Shown one piece after another: positions 18,044 to 28,435 of a stretch of 64,000 nucleotides of DNA (position 1 is the stretch's first letter; every line of letters begins with the position of its first letter). A model generated the notes under the pieces. The model was not told the origin of the DNA, searched no databases, and saw only the letters and a program-made list of their open reading frames with translations. Location: contig CP070837.1 of the NCBI GenBank assembly GCA_020341815.1, forward strand, positions 135,229 through 199,228. The letters are read 5' to 3'. The DNA is from Candidatus Omnitrophota bacterium (lineage in GTDB: Bacteria; Omnitrophota; Gorgyraeia; JAFGHF01). The translations under genes and the position numbers were made by a program.

Positions 18044-19207
18044 AAGGTAATTTTAGCCTATTCGGGAGGATTGGATACTTCTTGCTGTGTAGTTTGGCTT
18101 AAAGAGCAGGGGTTTAAGGTGATTACCTATACCGCAGATTTAGGCCAGGGAATAAACTTTGCCCAGCTGAAGAAAAAGGCCAAAGATTGCGGGGTAAGCA
18201 AGGCCTATGTTCAGGGCTTAAAAGATAAGTTTCTCAAACATTTTGTTTTTCCTACGCTTCGTGCCGGGGCAATCTATGAAGCAAAATATCCTCTGGCTAC
18301 AGCCTTGGGCAGGCCCTTGATTGCCGAGGGCTTGGTGGAGATTGCCCATAAAGAAGGGGCTGGATATATCGCCCACGGCTGCACCGGAAAGGGTAACGAC
18401 CAGGTGCGAATTGAGGTCTCTGTAGCAGCCCTGGATAAAAAAATAAAAACGATTGCACCTTTAAGGGAATGGGACTTAAAAACAAGAGAAGAGGAAATAA
18501 AATATGCCAAAAAACACCAGATTCAGGTTTCCGCTACCAAAAAGAGCCCTTACAGCACAGACTTAAATCTCTGGGGCAGAAGTATTGAATGCGGGGTATT
18601 AGAAAACCCCTATCATGAGCCTCCGGAAGAGATTTATGAGTTAACCGAAAATCCGCTTAAATGTCCAAATAAAGCAACTTATGTAACAATTGAGTTTGCC
18701 GAAGGCGTGCCTGTAAAATTAAACGGAAAAGCACAGGGAGCAGTTGCTCTTATATCCAAGCTTAATAAAATAGCCGGTGCCTGTGGTGTAGGCAGGATTG
18801 ATATGGTGGAAAACAGGCTCGTTGGAATTAAAAGCAGGGAGATTTATGAGGCCCCGGCAGCGATAGTTCTTTACCTTGCCCATCGTGAGCTGGAGGATTT
18901 GGTCTTAGATAGAGAAACTGCCCAGTTTAAAAGAATTGTTGCAGAGAAATATTCGCAGTTAGTCTACAACGGCCTCTGGCACACGTCGCTAAAGAGCGCC
19001 CTGGATAAGTTTGTTCAGGTCACACAGAAAAATGTCACAGGTGTTGTTAAAATGAAGCTGTATAAAGGCAGTTGTGTATGTGTAGGCAGAAAATCGCCCT
19101 TCTCCTTGTACAAAAAAGAACTGGCCACATATGAAAAAGGGGATAAGTTTGATGCATCCGCAGCAAGCGGCTTCATCAAGATTTGGGGCCTGCCATATAA
19201 TAGTTAA
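18038..19207 (+). CDS. argG: Argininosuccinate synthase
   Basis: AYSGGLDTS PP-loop and argininosuccinate synthase signature. GTG start. Confidence 0.9.
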   Translation: MKKVILAYSGGLDTSCCVVWLKEQGFKVITYTADLGQGINFAQLKKKAKDCGVSKAYVQGLKDKFLKHFVFPTLRAGAIYEAKYPLATALGRPLIAEGLVEIAHKEGAGYIAHGCTGKGNDQVRIEVSVAALDKKIKTIAPLREWDLKTREEEIKYAKKHQIQVSATKKSPYSTDLNLWGRSIECGVLENPYHEPPEEIYELTENPLKCPNKATYVTIEFAEGVPVKLNGKAQGAVALISKLNKIAGACGVGRIDMVENRLVGIKSREIYEAPAAIVLYLAHRELEDLVLDRETAQFKRIVAEKYSQLVYNGLWHTSLKSALDKFVQVTQKNVTGVVKMKLYKGSCVCVGRKSPFSLYKKELATYEKGDKFDASAASGFIKIWGLPYNS

Positions 19208-19229
19208 TTGATAAAAAGGAGAAAAAACA

Positions 19230-20927
19230 ATGCCTAAAATCAATGTAATACTTTTGATTGGTTTGGCTGCTATTGTTACGAGCACATCCTTTGCCGAAGA
19301 ATTCACCCTGACCACCTATTACCCCGCCCCATACGGGGTATATCGCGAGATGCGCGCACAAAGAATGGCCATAGGAGATAACTTCTATGATGCCTCGGCC
19401 TATTGTTGGCAGGGAACTTGTACCGATGCCATAGGTTCGGCTGCCGATTTAGTTGTACAGGGTGATGTGGGTATTGGAACTCATAATCCTTCAAGGAGAC
19501 TGACTATTGCCGGAAGCGGCGGATACGGCGAAGCAGGAGCCGCGGCAATCGGGCTGGAAAATACATCAGCAACAGGCACCAACTGGCAGTGGCACGTAAG
19601 AGATGACATGCGGGCTCAACTCGTTGACTACACTACAGCAGGCATAACAAGATTTTTGGCTTCATCAGGTAATGCTGTAGGATACATATATGTTGATGGA
19701 ACAGACGGTAATGTAGGCATTGCCGCAACCGGGACATTTAGTCCTGTAAATAAGCTGGATGTGGATGGAGCAGTTGCCATTGGCGATACTTACGCGGGAT
19801 CATCCACAGCGCCTGCTAACGGGTTGCTTGTTGAGGGTAATGTCCGTTTCAACAGTGCTATAGCGCGGCAGGGCTCGACCCTGGCAGGTAACGCTCCTGC
19901 CACCCACGTTAATTTAGGAGCAAGTAGCACTACAGGGTGGAAAGGAACAGGAGCAGCCGGCTATGCAACAGTGGGGGGAGGATATAATAATAAGGCAATA
20001 TTGGATTACACCACGGTTGCTGGTGGATCGGGCAACAAAGCAGATAATAGCTGGTCAACAGTTGGCGGTGGAAAGTCAAATAGTGCAATTGACTATGCCT
20101 GTTTCATTGGAGGCGGGGATGGCAATTCTGCAAAAGGAGACTGTTCTTCAATTTTAGGTGGCAAGAACAATCAGGCTGCGGATAACTACTCTACTGTAGC
20201 AGGAGGCATAGCCAATAAAGCTATCGGCAGAGTGTCTTTTGCAGCAGGAGCATTGGCAACAGCTAGACATGATGGTAGTTTTGTTTGGGCTGACTATTCA
20301 GAAAGTGTAGAGTATGCTTCTAATGGAGAAAACACCTTCAACATCCTTGCCGACGGAGGTATCTATTTTACTGGAGCAGCTGGGACCAATAACTTAAGAT
20401 ATAGGCCGGGTGACATTGCAGAGTTTGTCGATACCCTAAAAAAAGACCGACTTCAGGAAGCAGAGATAGTCAGTATAGTGGACAATAATCTTTTTGGCAG
20501 GACAACAAAGCCTTATGATGAGAACCTAATGGGGGTTATTTCCGGGGATAGGACCTGTTCTTTTTATATAGGCCAGACCGAAAGTCTCAAAGAAGAGATA
20601 GAGCGCTTGCCCATAGCTTTGGCCGGCCCTGTGTATGTGAAGGTAACCAGCGAGTCAGGTAATATAGCTATAGGCGATTCCATAACTTCATCGGCTATTG
20701 CAGGTGTAGGGATGAAGGCTACTCGAAGCGGCAAAATCATCGGTTACGCGATGGAAAATGAGGATTTTTCTGATGCCGGAGAGATAAAAGAAATTTTGGT
20801 ATTTGTTAATATAGGATATTATATGGCAAATGATGATTTTCGAAAGTTAACACAACTTGAGCAAAGCTTGACTAAGATTGAACGCTTAGAAGAAGAGATA
20901 GAGATGTTGAAGGCGGAATTATTTTAA
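19230..20927 (+). CDS. Secreted glycine-rich repeat protein (tail-fibre-like / YadA-head-like repeats) with C-terminal coiled coil
   Basis: Signal peptide MPKINVILLIGLAAIVTSTSFA. Repeated xTVAGG.GNKA / SxxGGG.xNxA units and a C-terminal heptad coiled coil (LTQLEQSLTKIERLEEEIEMLKAELF). Inserted between argG and argH. Confidence 0.6.
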   Translation: MPKINVILLIGLAAIVTSTSFAEEFTLTTYYPAPYGVYREMRAQRMAIGDNFYDASAYCWQGTCTDAIGSAADLVVQGDVGIGTHNPSRRLTIAGSGGYGEAGAAAIGLENTSATGTNWQWHVRDDMRAQLVDYTTAGITRFLASSGNAVGYIYVDGTDGNVGIAATGTFSPVNKLDVDGAVAIGDTYAGSSTAPANGLLVEGNVRFNSAIARQGSTLAGNAPATHVNLGASSTTGWKGTGAAGYATVGGGYNNKAILDYTTVAGGSGNKADNSWSTVGGGKSNSAIDYACFIGGGDGNSAKGDCSSILGGKNNQAADNYSTVAGGIANKAIGRVSFAAGALATARHDGSFVWADYSESVEYASNGENTFNILADGGIYFTGAAGTNNLRYRPGDIAEFVDTLKKDRLQEAEIVSIVDNNLFGRTTKPYDENLMGVISGDRTCSFYIGQTESLKEEIERLPIALAGPVYVKVTSESGNIAIGDSITSSAIAGVGMKATRSGKIIGYAMENEDFSDAGEIKEILVFVNIGYYMANDDFRKLTQLEQSLTKIERLEEEIEMLKAELF

Positions 20928-20968
20928 AGGAACAGACTTCTTTTTTGCAAATAAGATAAGGTGATAAA

Positions 20969-22288
20969 ATGAAAAAGTTATGGGGTGGAAGGTTTAAGAA
21001 GAAGACTAATCCTCTGGTGGAAGAGTTTACCAAGTCTATTCATTATGACTATAAGCTTGCTAAATATGATTTAGCGGGTTCGATAACCCATGTAAAGATA
21101 TTGGAGAAATGCGGGTATTTGACTTCAGATGAAACGTCTGAATTAGAGACTGCCCTTGAGTCTATTGGCAAAGAAATCGGTAAGAAAGATTTCACCCAGA
21201 ATGAAAAGTGCGAAGATATCCACACCTATATCCAAAATGAATTACAGAAAAAGGTGGGTAATTTGGCATTGAAGCTGCAGACCGCCAGAAGCAGAAATGA
21301 CCAGGTGGTATTTGCCACCAAGCTATATTGCAAGGAAGAGGCTATTCCTGATTTGCAAAGTGCTATAAAGCATTTAGTAAAGGCTATAGATAAATTGGTT
21401 GATGAAAATAAAAATATTATTCTGCCCGGCTTTACTCATATGCAGCATGCCCAGCCGGTTTATCTAAAAGATTATCTGGGCGCTTATTGCGATATGCTCA
21501 AGAGGGATAGCAATAGATTAAAATATATTTCTCAAAATATGAAAGTAACTCTGGGCGCCGGCGCTTTAGCAGGCACTCCCATTAAGGCGGATATTTATGA
21601 AGCAGCGGATGTAGAGGCAGTAATCAATTCCATAGATTCGGTAAGTGACAGAGACTTTGTAATCGAGATTATCAGCGCCTTGTCAATTGTTGCTATGCAT
21701 TTATCCAGATTGGCCGAAGATTTAATTATCTACTCAAGCAAAGAGTTTGACTTTATTGAGATAGATGAGGCCTTTTGCACGGGCAGCTCGCTTATGCCTC
21801 AGAAGAAAAATCCCGATGTATTGGAGCTGGTAAGGGGCTATAGCGGAAGATTATATGGTAATTTAGTCAGTATGCTTACGATGATGAAGGGTTTACCCTT
21901 AAGTTACAACAGGGATATGCAGCTGGATAAAGAATCTTTATTTTCCTCTTTTGAGATAGTTTCTCAAGAGCTGGAAGTATTGACAGGACTTATCAAGACA
22001 CTCAAGTTCAATAAGGCAAAGATAAAGGAACATTTGGAAGATGAATCCCTGTATGCGACCGATTTAGTATATTACCTTGTGGATAAAGAGGTTCCTTTTG
22101 CTCAGGCCCATGAAATTGCGGGTGAGCTCTACAGATATTCTTTGGATAATAAATTAGGAATAAAAGGGTTACCTCAAAAAAAGCTGAAAAAATTCTCCGA
22201 CAAAATTGTAAAAAAAGAAATAGTCAGATTATTTAATCCTGCGTTTTCAGTCAGGTCCAAAAAATCAATCAAAAGAGCAAAGGCATAA
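20969..22288 (+). CDS. argH: Argininosuccinate lyase
   Basis: Fumarate-lyase family signature (GSSLMPQKKNPD). Confidence 0.9.
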   Translation: MKKLWGGRFKKKTNPLVEEFTKSIHYDYKLAKYDLAGSITHVKILEKCGYLTSDETSELETALESIGKEIGKKDFTQNEKCEDIHTYIQNELQKKVGNLALKLQTARSRNDQVVFATKLYCKEEAIPDLQSAIKHLVKAIDKLVDENKNIILPGFTHMQHAQPVYLKDYLGAYCDMLKRDSNRLKYISQNMKVTLGAGALAGTPIKADIYEAADVEAVINSIDSVSDRDFVIEIISALSIVAMHLSRLAEDLIIYSSKEFDFIEIDEAFCTGSSLMPQKKNPDVLELVRGYSGRLYGNLVSMLTMMKGLPLSYNRDMQLDKESLFSSFEIVSQELEVLTGLIKTLKFNKAKIKEHLEDESLYATDLVYYLVDKEVPFAQAHEIAGELYRYSLDNKLGIKGLPQKKLKKFSDKIVKKEIVRLFNPAFSVRSKKSIKRAKA

Positions 22289-22289
22289 A

Positions 22290-23552
22290 ATGCACGAGTT
22301 CAGATATAAGGGAAATGAGCTTTATTGCGAGGGAGTGAAAATAAGCCGCATAGCTAAGAGGTTTGATACCCCTCTCTATATTTACAGCCGTAAGACTTTG
22401 ATTGATCATTATCGCAAGATTAAAAAGGCCTTTAGCGCAATTAGGCCCTTAATCTGTTTTTCGGTAAAGGCAAATTCAAACCTTGCCGTATTAAAGGTCT
22501 TGGCCAACCAGAGCGCAGGTATGGATGTGGTCTCAGGAGGTGAGCTCTACAGGGCCCTTAAGGTGGGTGTTGCCCCCCAAAGAATAGTTTATGCCGGGGT
22601 AGGCAAAAGAGAACAGGAAATCGCCTTAGCAATAAAAGCAGGAATCCTTTTGTTTAATGCGGAGTCTTTTGCGGAGCTGGGACTGATTGAACGGGCAGCC
22701 GGCCGCTTAAGGAAAAAGGTGGATGTCTCTTTAAGGATAAACCCGGATGTCGAGATACATACTCATAGGTTTATTACTACAGGGAGAATGATTAATAAGT
22801 TTGGGCTGGATATAAGGACTGCTGAGGAAATATTTTTGCGCTCGCGCATCTTTTCGCACCTCAATTTGGTCGGGGTGCATATCCATATCGGTTCACAGAT
22901 AACCGAGGGGCGACCCTTTGTTTTAGCAATTAAGAAGGCACTTCATCTGATAAAGCGGCTGAAGAGCAAGGGAGTGCAGCTTAAATATTTCAATATCGGA
23001 GGGGGCTTGGGTATAGTCTATCGGAATGAGCGTCCCCAGACGGCTGATGAGTTTGCCCAAGCTGTCCTGCCTCTTTTGAAGGAAACAAAGCTTAAGATAA
23101 TTCTTGAACCCGGCAGGTTTATTGCCGGAAACAGCGGGATTTTACTTACAAAGGTAGTCTATGTAAAGAAGACACCGAAGAAAAACTTTGCTATTGTTGA
23201 TGCCGGAATGAATGATTTGATTCGACCAGCCCTATACGGGGCATATCATGAGATTTTACCCGTTGTGCGCGCAAAAGATAAGGCCGAGCGGAAAGTGCGC
23301 TATGATGTAGTAGGGCCAATTTGCGAAAGCGGGGATTTTTTGGCTCAAGGCAGGGATATGCCTATCGTTCAAGCCGGAGATTTATTGGCGGTGATGTCGA
23401 GTGGTGCCTATGGCTTTGTTATGTCCAGCAATTATAATTCCCGGCCGAGAGTTGCCGAGGTCTTAATAGATAAAAATAAAGTTAGCCTGGTGAGAAAAAG
23501 AGAATCTTATCGCGATTTGATAAGGGCTGAGGTTATACCAAAGGGTTTATGA
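22290..23552 (+). CDS. lysA: Diaminopimelate decarboxylase
   Basis: Orn/DAP/Arg decarboxylase fold motifs (FSVKAN and the HIGSQ region). Confidence 0.9.
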   Translation: MHEFRYKGNELYCEGVKISRIAKRFDTPLYIYSRKTLIDHYRKIKKAFSAIRPLICFSVKANSNLAVLKVLANQSAGMDVVSGGELYRALKVGVAPQRIVYAGVGKREQEIALAIKAGILLFNAESFAELGLIERAAGRLRKKVDVSLRINPDVEIHTHRFITTGRMINKFGLDIRTAEEIFLRSRIFSHLNLVGVHIHIGSQITEGRPFVLAIKKALHLIKRLKSKGVQLKYFNIGGGLGIVYRNERPQTADEFAQAVLPLLKETKLKIILEPGRFIAGNSGILLTKVVYVKKTPKKNFAIVDAGMNDLIRPALYGAYHEILPVVRAKDKAERKVRYDVVGPICESGDFLAQGRDMPIVQAGDLLAVMSSGAYGFVMSSNYNSRPRVAEVLIDKNKVSLVRKRESYRDLIRAEVIPKGL

Positions 23553-24376
23553 TGGAATTTGTCAAGGCCGAGGCCTGCGGCAACGATTTTATTATTATCG
23601 ATAGATTTAATAGCCAGAAACTAGCCTCCAGAAATCATATAGGAAAACTGGCAAAGAGATTTTGTCAGCGTAAGACGTCTGTTGGGGCAGATGGCCTGCT
23701 TCTGCTTGAGCGCTCAAAAAGATGTGATTTTAAGATGCGCATTTTTAATCCCGATGGTAGCGAAGTAGATATGTGCGGTAACGGCGCCCGCTGCATAGCT
23801 CTTTATGCCGCTCGAGATAAAGTTGTCTCTAGGCGCAAAATGACTATCGAGACCGCAGCAGGAGACTTAGAGGCCGAAGTCAAAAAAGATCTGGTTAAAA
23901 TAAAGATGTCTCTGCCGCAAGATTTGCGGCTGAAATTCGATTTGAATATCGACGGGCAAAGACAAAATGTAAGTTATATTAATACGGGCGTTCCTCATGT
24001 TGTTTGTTTTGTGCAGGGTTTAGATAATTTTGGCGTTGAAAAAATGGGCCGGGCTATTCGCTATCATCCTGAATTTCGCCCGGAAGGAACAAATGCCGAT
24101 TTCGCCGAAGTATTGCGTAATGACCGTATCCGAATAAGGACCTATGAGCGGGGAGTGGAGACTGAGACCTTAGCCTGCGGCACAGGGGCGGTAGCCTCAG
24201 GGATAATCACTGTCTATCAAAGGAAAAAACCTCAAGGTAAATACAGGGTTAAGGTGGATACACGTAGCGGAGAGAGTTTGAATGTTTATTTTAGTATAAA
24301 AAAAGACATAATAGACAATGTCTATTTAGAAGGCAAGGCAAAGATTGTCTATAGGGGAGGAATTGAAGATGTTTAA
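23549..24376 (+). CDS. dapF: Diaminopimelate epimerase
   Basis: Two catalytic Cys motifs (MCGNG and CGTG) in the DapF fold. Confidence 0.9.
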   Translation: MMEFVKAEACGNDFIIIDRFNSQKLASRNHIGKLAKRFCQRKTSVGADGLLLLERSKRCDFKMRIFNPDGSEVDMCGNGARCIALYAARDKVVSRRKMTIETAAGDLEAEVKKDLVKIKMSLPQDLRLKFDLNIDGQRQNVSYINTGVPHVVCFVQGLDNFGVEKMGRAIRYHPEFRPEGTNADFAEVLRNDRIRIRTYERGVETETLACGTGAVASGIITVYQRKKPQGKYRVKVDTRSGESLNVYFSIKKDIIDNVYLEGKAKIVYRGGIEDV

Positions 24377-25241
24377 GGGTTCAATGGTAGCAATTGTTAC
24401 GCCCTTTGAAAACGGCAGGCTTGATGAGAAAAGATTTAAGGCGTTAATAGAGTTCCAGATTAAAAATGGCACTTCCGCTATTGTCCCTTGCGGGACAACG
24501 GGTGAGTCGGCAACTCTATCTTTAGAAGAGCACGAAAGGGTGATAGAGCTTACCGTTGAGACCGTAGCCGGCAGAGTTCCCGTAATTGCCGGGGCCGGCT
24601 CTAATAATACGGCCGAGGCGATAACATTGACCAAACATGCCAAGAGCGCTGGGGTGAGCGCTGTGCTTTTGATTTCTCCTTATTACAATAAGCCTACGCA
24701 AAATGGAATTTACCTCCATTTTAAGGCCGTTGCCGAGGTGGTAGATATCCCGATTGTCCTTTATAATATCGCCTCCCGCACAGGCATAAATATTGAACCT
24801 GAGACAATGGCGAAACTTGCTCAGATTAAGAATATTGTGGCTGTTAAAGAGGCCTCAGGCAATATTGCCCAGATGGCCCAGATTATGCGGTTGTGCGGGG
24901 ATAATATTACCTTGATTTCCGGAGACGATGCCCTTACTTTACCGGTTTTATCTATCGGGGGGACAGGGGTCATCTCTGTGGTTGCCAATATCGTCCCCAA
25001 AGAGACAGCCTCTTTGATTAAGGAGTTTGAGCGGGGTAATATAAAGGAAGCAAGGAAAATATATCTCCATTTATTGCCTTTGGTAAAGGCGATGTTTATC
25101 GAGACCAATCCCGCTCCGGTAAAGCAGGCCCTGGGGATGATGGGCCTGGTCAAGCCGGAGTTGCGTCTGCCGCTTTGTCCGATGTTGCCGGAGAACGAGG
25201 CAAAGCTCAAGAAGACGCTCAAGGAGTATAAGCTGATATGA
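24369..25241 (+). CDS. dapA: 4-hydroxy-tetrahydrodipicolinate synthase
   Basis: MFKGSMVAIVTPF N-terminus and the active-site Lys region. I chose the internal ATG at 24369 over the track start at 24345. Confidence 0.85.
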   Translation: MFKGSMVAIVTPFENGRLDEKRFKALIEFQIKNGTSAIVPCGTTGESATLSLEEHERVIELTVETVAGRVPVIAGAGSNNTAEAITLTKHAKSAGVSAVLLISPYYNKPTQNGIYLHFKAVAEVVDIPIVLYNIASRTGINIEPETMAKLAQIKNIVAVKEASGNIAQMAQIMRLCGDNITLISGDDALTLPVLSIGGTGVISVVANIVPKETASLIKEFERGNIKEARKIYLHLLPLVKAMFIETNPAPVKQALGMMGLVKPELRLPLCPMLPENEAKLKKTLKEYKLI

Positions 25242-25999
25242 TTAAGTTGGTCATCAGTGGCTGTTGCGGAAAAATGGGCAAAAGGATAATTGCCTTGGCT
25301 CTTGCTGACAAGGAATTCAAATTAGTAGGGGCCATAGAAAACAAAGGTCACCCGGCAATAGGAAAAAAAATAAATGAAATTCTGCATCTCTCTGCTTCCG
25401 ATATTAAGATTACGGATAATCTCGATATAATCAAAAAGGCAGATGCCTTGATTGAATTTACCAGTCCTTTAGCTACTGCAGAACATCTGGGCCTTGCAGC
25501 TGAATATAAAAAAGCGATAGTTATCGGCACGACAGGGCTGGACATCCGGCAAGTTTCTCAAATTAAAAAGGCGAGCAGCCAAATACCCATAGTCTTTTCG
25601 CCGAATATGTCGGTGGGAGTAAATCTTGTTTTTAGATTAGTTAAAGAATTATCCCGGCAATTGGGTAAGGATTATCAGGCGGATATTGTGGAGGCACATC
25701 ATATACAGAAGAAAGATGCACCCTCAGGTACCGCCAAGCGCCTGGCAGAATTGATTAAACAGAGTTCCGGGCGCAAAAAAGTAAATATTAAGTCTATTCG
25801 CGAAGGTGGAATTGTAGGAGACCACCAGGTGCGTTTTGAAAGCGGGCAGGATGCGATAGTTATAAAACACAGCGCAAAGACTCGGGACATCTTTGCCCAA
25901 GGGGCGCTTGAAGCGGCCAGGTTTGCGGTGAGACAGAAGCCCGGCTTGTACGATATGCAGGATGTAATCACAGATAGAAAGGTGATGGAAAAAAGATGA
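25238..25999 (+). CDS. dapB: 4-hydroxy-tetrahydrodipicolinate reductase
   Basis: DapB N- and C-domain motifs (EAHHIQKKDAPSGTA). Confidence 0.9.
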   Translation: MIKLVISGCCGKMGKRIIALALADKEFKLVGAIENKGHPAIGKKINEILHLSASDIKITDNLDIIKKADALIEFTSPLATAEHLGLAAEYKKAIVIGTTGLDIRQVSQIKKASSQIPIVFSPNMSVGVNLVFRLVKELSRQLGKDYQADIVEAHHIQKKDAPSGTAKRLAELIKQSSGRKKVNIKSIREGGIVGDHQVRFESGQDAIVIKHSAKTRDIFAQGALEAARFAVRQKPGLYDMQDVITDRKVMEKR

Positions 26000-27162
26000 G
26001 AATAGAGAAAGCAGAACGCTTAAAGAAGCTACCACCTTATCTTTTTGCCAAGATTGATAAGGCCAAAAGAGAAGCACAAAATGAAGGGCGAGATATAATC
26101 GATTTAGGCGTGGGTGACCCCGATCAGCCTACACCCAGCCATATTGTAGATAAATTGCATCAGGCAGCAGGCGAGCCGGCTAATCAACATTACGCCTTAG
26201 ATCAAGGCATGCGCGATTTAAGAGTGGCCATAGCGAGCTGGTATCGAAAAAGATTTAATGTAGAGCTTGATGCGGATAAGGAAATTTTGCCTTTAATCGG
26301 CTCCAAAGAAGGTTTAGCCCATTTGCCTCTGGCCTTAATTAATCCTAACGATGTAGTCTTAATACCCGAGCCCTGTTACCCTCCGTATCGTTCGGCGACT
26401 ATTTTTGCCGGAGGCAGGCCGAAGTATCTGCCTCTTCTGGAAGAAAAGGGGTTTTTGCCTCAACTTGATAAGATTAATTTTCGCATTCTTGCCAAAGCCA
26501 AGCTCCTTTTTCTGAATTATCCCAATAATCCTACTGCGGCAGTTGCTGAGAGTGATTTTTTCGCACGCGCTGTTAAGTTTGCCCGAAAAAATAAGATTTT
26601 AATTGCTCAGGATGCCGCTTATTCGGAGATTACCTTCGATAATTACACTGCCCCCAGTATATTACAGATTAAAGGGGCAAAGGATTTGGCGGTAGAGTTC
26701 CATTCGCTTTCCAAGACCTATAATATGACCGGCTGGCGGGTGGGCTGGGTTTGCGGAAATCGCGATATTATTGCCCATCTTACTCAGCTTAAGTCAAATA
26801 TAGATTCAGGGATTTTTCAGGCAATCCAGGTTGCCGCAATATGCGCGCTGAATACGGGGCCCAAGCACCTCGATTCTTTAAGAAAGCTCTATCAGGACAG
26901 AAGAGATGTGCTTTGCGCGGGATTGAATAGTTTGGGCTGGAAGGTAGATAAACCTCGCGCTACATTTTATGTCTGGGCGAGGCTCCCTAAGAAATATTCC
27001 GATTCCATAAAGTTTGCCCGGCTTCTTCTGGATAAGGCAAATGTAATAGCTACTCCGGGCGTGGGGTTTGGTCCATCGGGAAATAATTATATCCGTTTTG
27101 CCCTGACTGTACCCAGGGAAAGACTAGAGCAGGCTAGTGCAAAAATAAAAGAAATTATTTGA
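25996..27162 (+). CDS. dapL: LL-diaminopimelate aminotransferase (class I aminotransferase)
   Basis: KLPPYLFAKID...GDPDQPTP N-terminus typical of DapL, plus a PLP-lysine SKTYNMTGWR motif. Lies within the dap cluster. Confidence 0.7.
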   Translation: MRIEKAERLKKLPPYLFAKIDKAKREAQNEGRDIIDLGVGDPDQPTPSHIVDKLHQAAGEPANQHYALDQGMRDLRVAIASWYRKRFNVELDADKEILPLIGSKEGLAHLPLALINPNDVVLIPEPCYPPYRSATIFAGGRPKYLPLLEEKGFLPQLDKINFRILAKAKLLFLNYPNNPTAAVAESDFFARAVKFARKNKILIAQDAAYSEITFDNYTAPSILQIKGAKDLAVEFHSLSKTYNMTGWRVGWVCGNRDIIAHLTQLKSNIDSGIFQAIQVAAICALNTGPKHLDSLRKLYQDRRDVLCAGLNSLGWKVDKPRATFYVWARLPKKYSDSIKFARLLLDKANVIATPGVGFGPSGNNYIRFALTVPRERLEQASAKIKEII

Positions 27163-27581
27163 TGGTAATCTGCTATATTGCTTTAGGTTCAAATTTAGGA
27201 AATCGCGCTAAGAATATTGATCTCGCCCTTAAATACCTAAGAGAAGACCCTGCCATTATAATTCTAAAAACTTCCTCTTTTATCGAAACAAAGCCGCAAG
27301 GCGTCTTGCTTCAGGCGAAGTTCCTCAACGGGGTAATTAAAATAAAAACCGATTATTCTGCGCAGGAATTATTGAAGAAATTGCAGGCAGTCGAAACCAA
27401 AATGGGAAGAAGTCTTCCCCGTCCGAAGAATGAACCCCGCACTATCGATTTAGACATTTTGATTTATGCAGATATGAAGATTGAAGAAGAAACGTTACAA
27501 ATTCCTCATCCGCGGATGTGGCAGAGAGATTTTGTAATCACACCTTTAAAGGAAATTGCTCCGGAATTATTTTTAAAATGA
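27159..27581 (+). CDS. folK: 2-amino-4-hydroxy-6-hydroxymethyldihydropteridine pyrophosphokinase
   Basis: YIALGSNLGNR and TIDLDIL motifs. Confidence 0.85.
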   Translation: MMVICYIALGSNLGNRAKNIDLALKYLREDPAIIILKTSSFIETKPQGVLLQAKFLNGVIKIKTDYSAQELLKKLQAVETKMGRSLPRPKNEPRTIDLDILIYADMKIEEETLQIPHPRMWQRDFVITPLKEIAPELFLK

Positions 27582-28423
27582 AAGTTATCTCAAGTATTAA
27601 CGGAATGCAGAATTGGTCAAAGCAGATGCGTTGCAAAGGCAAGACCATCGGTTTTGTTCCTATGATGGGATATCTGCACGAGGGTCATTTGAGTCTTTTG
27701 CGCAAGGCAAGAGAAGAAAACGACTATCTGGTAATGAGTATCTTTGTTAATCCCACTCAATTTGGTCCGAAGGAAGACCTGGGACGATATCCGCGCGATT
27801 TTGGGCGGGATAAAAAACTGGCTAAGTTATGCGGCGTGGATGTGATATTTTATCCTGAAGCAAAAAAGATGTATCCGGCGCCTTACAAGACCTATGTTGA
27901 GGTTGAGGATTTAAGCGATGTGCTTTGCGGAAAATCGCGTCCGGGGCACTTTCGCGGCGTGACTACCGTCGTGCTCAAGCTTTTTAACATTGTTTTGCCA
28001 AACACAGCCTATTTCGGATGGAAAGACGCCCAGCAGGCAATTATTATTAATAAGATGGTCAAGGATTTAAACTTGCCTATTAAGATAAAAACCTTACCCA
28101 TTGCCAGGGAAGAGAATGGCCTGGCTTTGAGTTCGCGTAATACCTACCTGAAGGAAGATCAGAGGCGCCAGGCCATAATTTTAGATAAAGCTTTACAAGT
28201 TGCCGTCGGTATGATACAATCCGGGTATAAAGATCCTCGGAGAATTGTTGCAAAAATGCGCAAAATGATAAAGTCTCAAAAAACCGGTCGCATAGATTAC
28301 GTCGAGATAGTCGATATGAATACTCTTAAGCCGGTCAAAAAAATCAAAGGACGCCTGTTAATTTGCCTTGCCGTATTTTTTGGTAAAACCCGCCTTATTG
28401 ATAATGCAATTATTTGTGCCTAG
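27578..28423 (+). CDS. panC: Pantoate--beta-alanine ligase
   Basis: GFVPMMGYLHEGHLSL (HIGH-like) motif. Start taken at the ATG at 27578, overlapping the folK stop. Confidence 0.9.
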   Translation: MKVISSINGMQNWSKQMRCKGKTIGFVPMMGYLHEGHLSLLRKAREENDYLVMSIFVNPTQFGPKEDLGRYPRDFGRDKKLAKLCGVDVIFYPEAKKMYPAPYKTYVEVEDLSDVLCGKSRPGHFRGVTTVVLKLFNIVLPNTAYFGWKDAQQAIIINKMVKDLNLPIKIKTLPIAREENGLALSSRNTYLKEDQRRQAIILDKALQVAVGMIQSGYKDPRRIVAKMRKMIKSQKTGRIDYVEIVDMNTLKPVKKIKGRLLICLAVFFGKTRLIDNAIICA

Positions 28424-28435
28424 CGGGGAAAGTTT

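Noticed and set aside
19230-20927. Peptidase S74 intramolecular-chaperone domain at the C-terminus of the Gly-rich protein.
   Set aside because: I could not find the conserved SDxRxK cleavage motif. Only the terminal coiled coil is suggestive, so the domain is not called.
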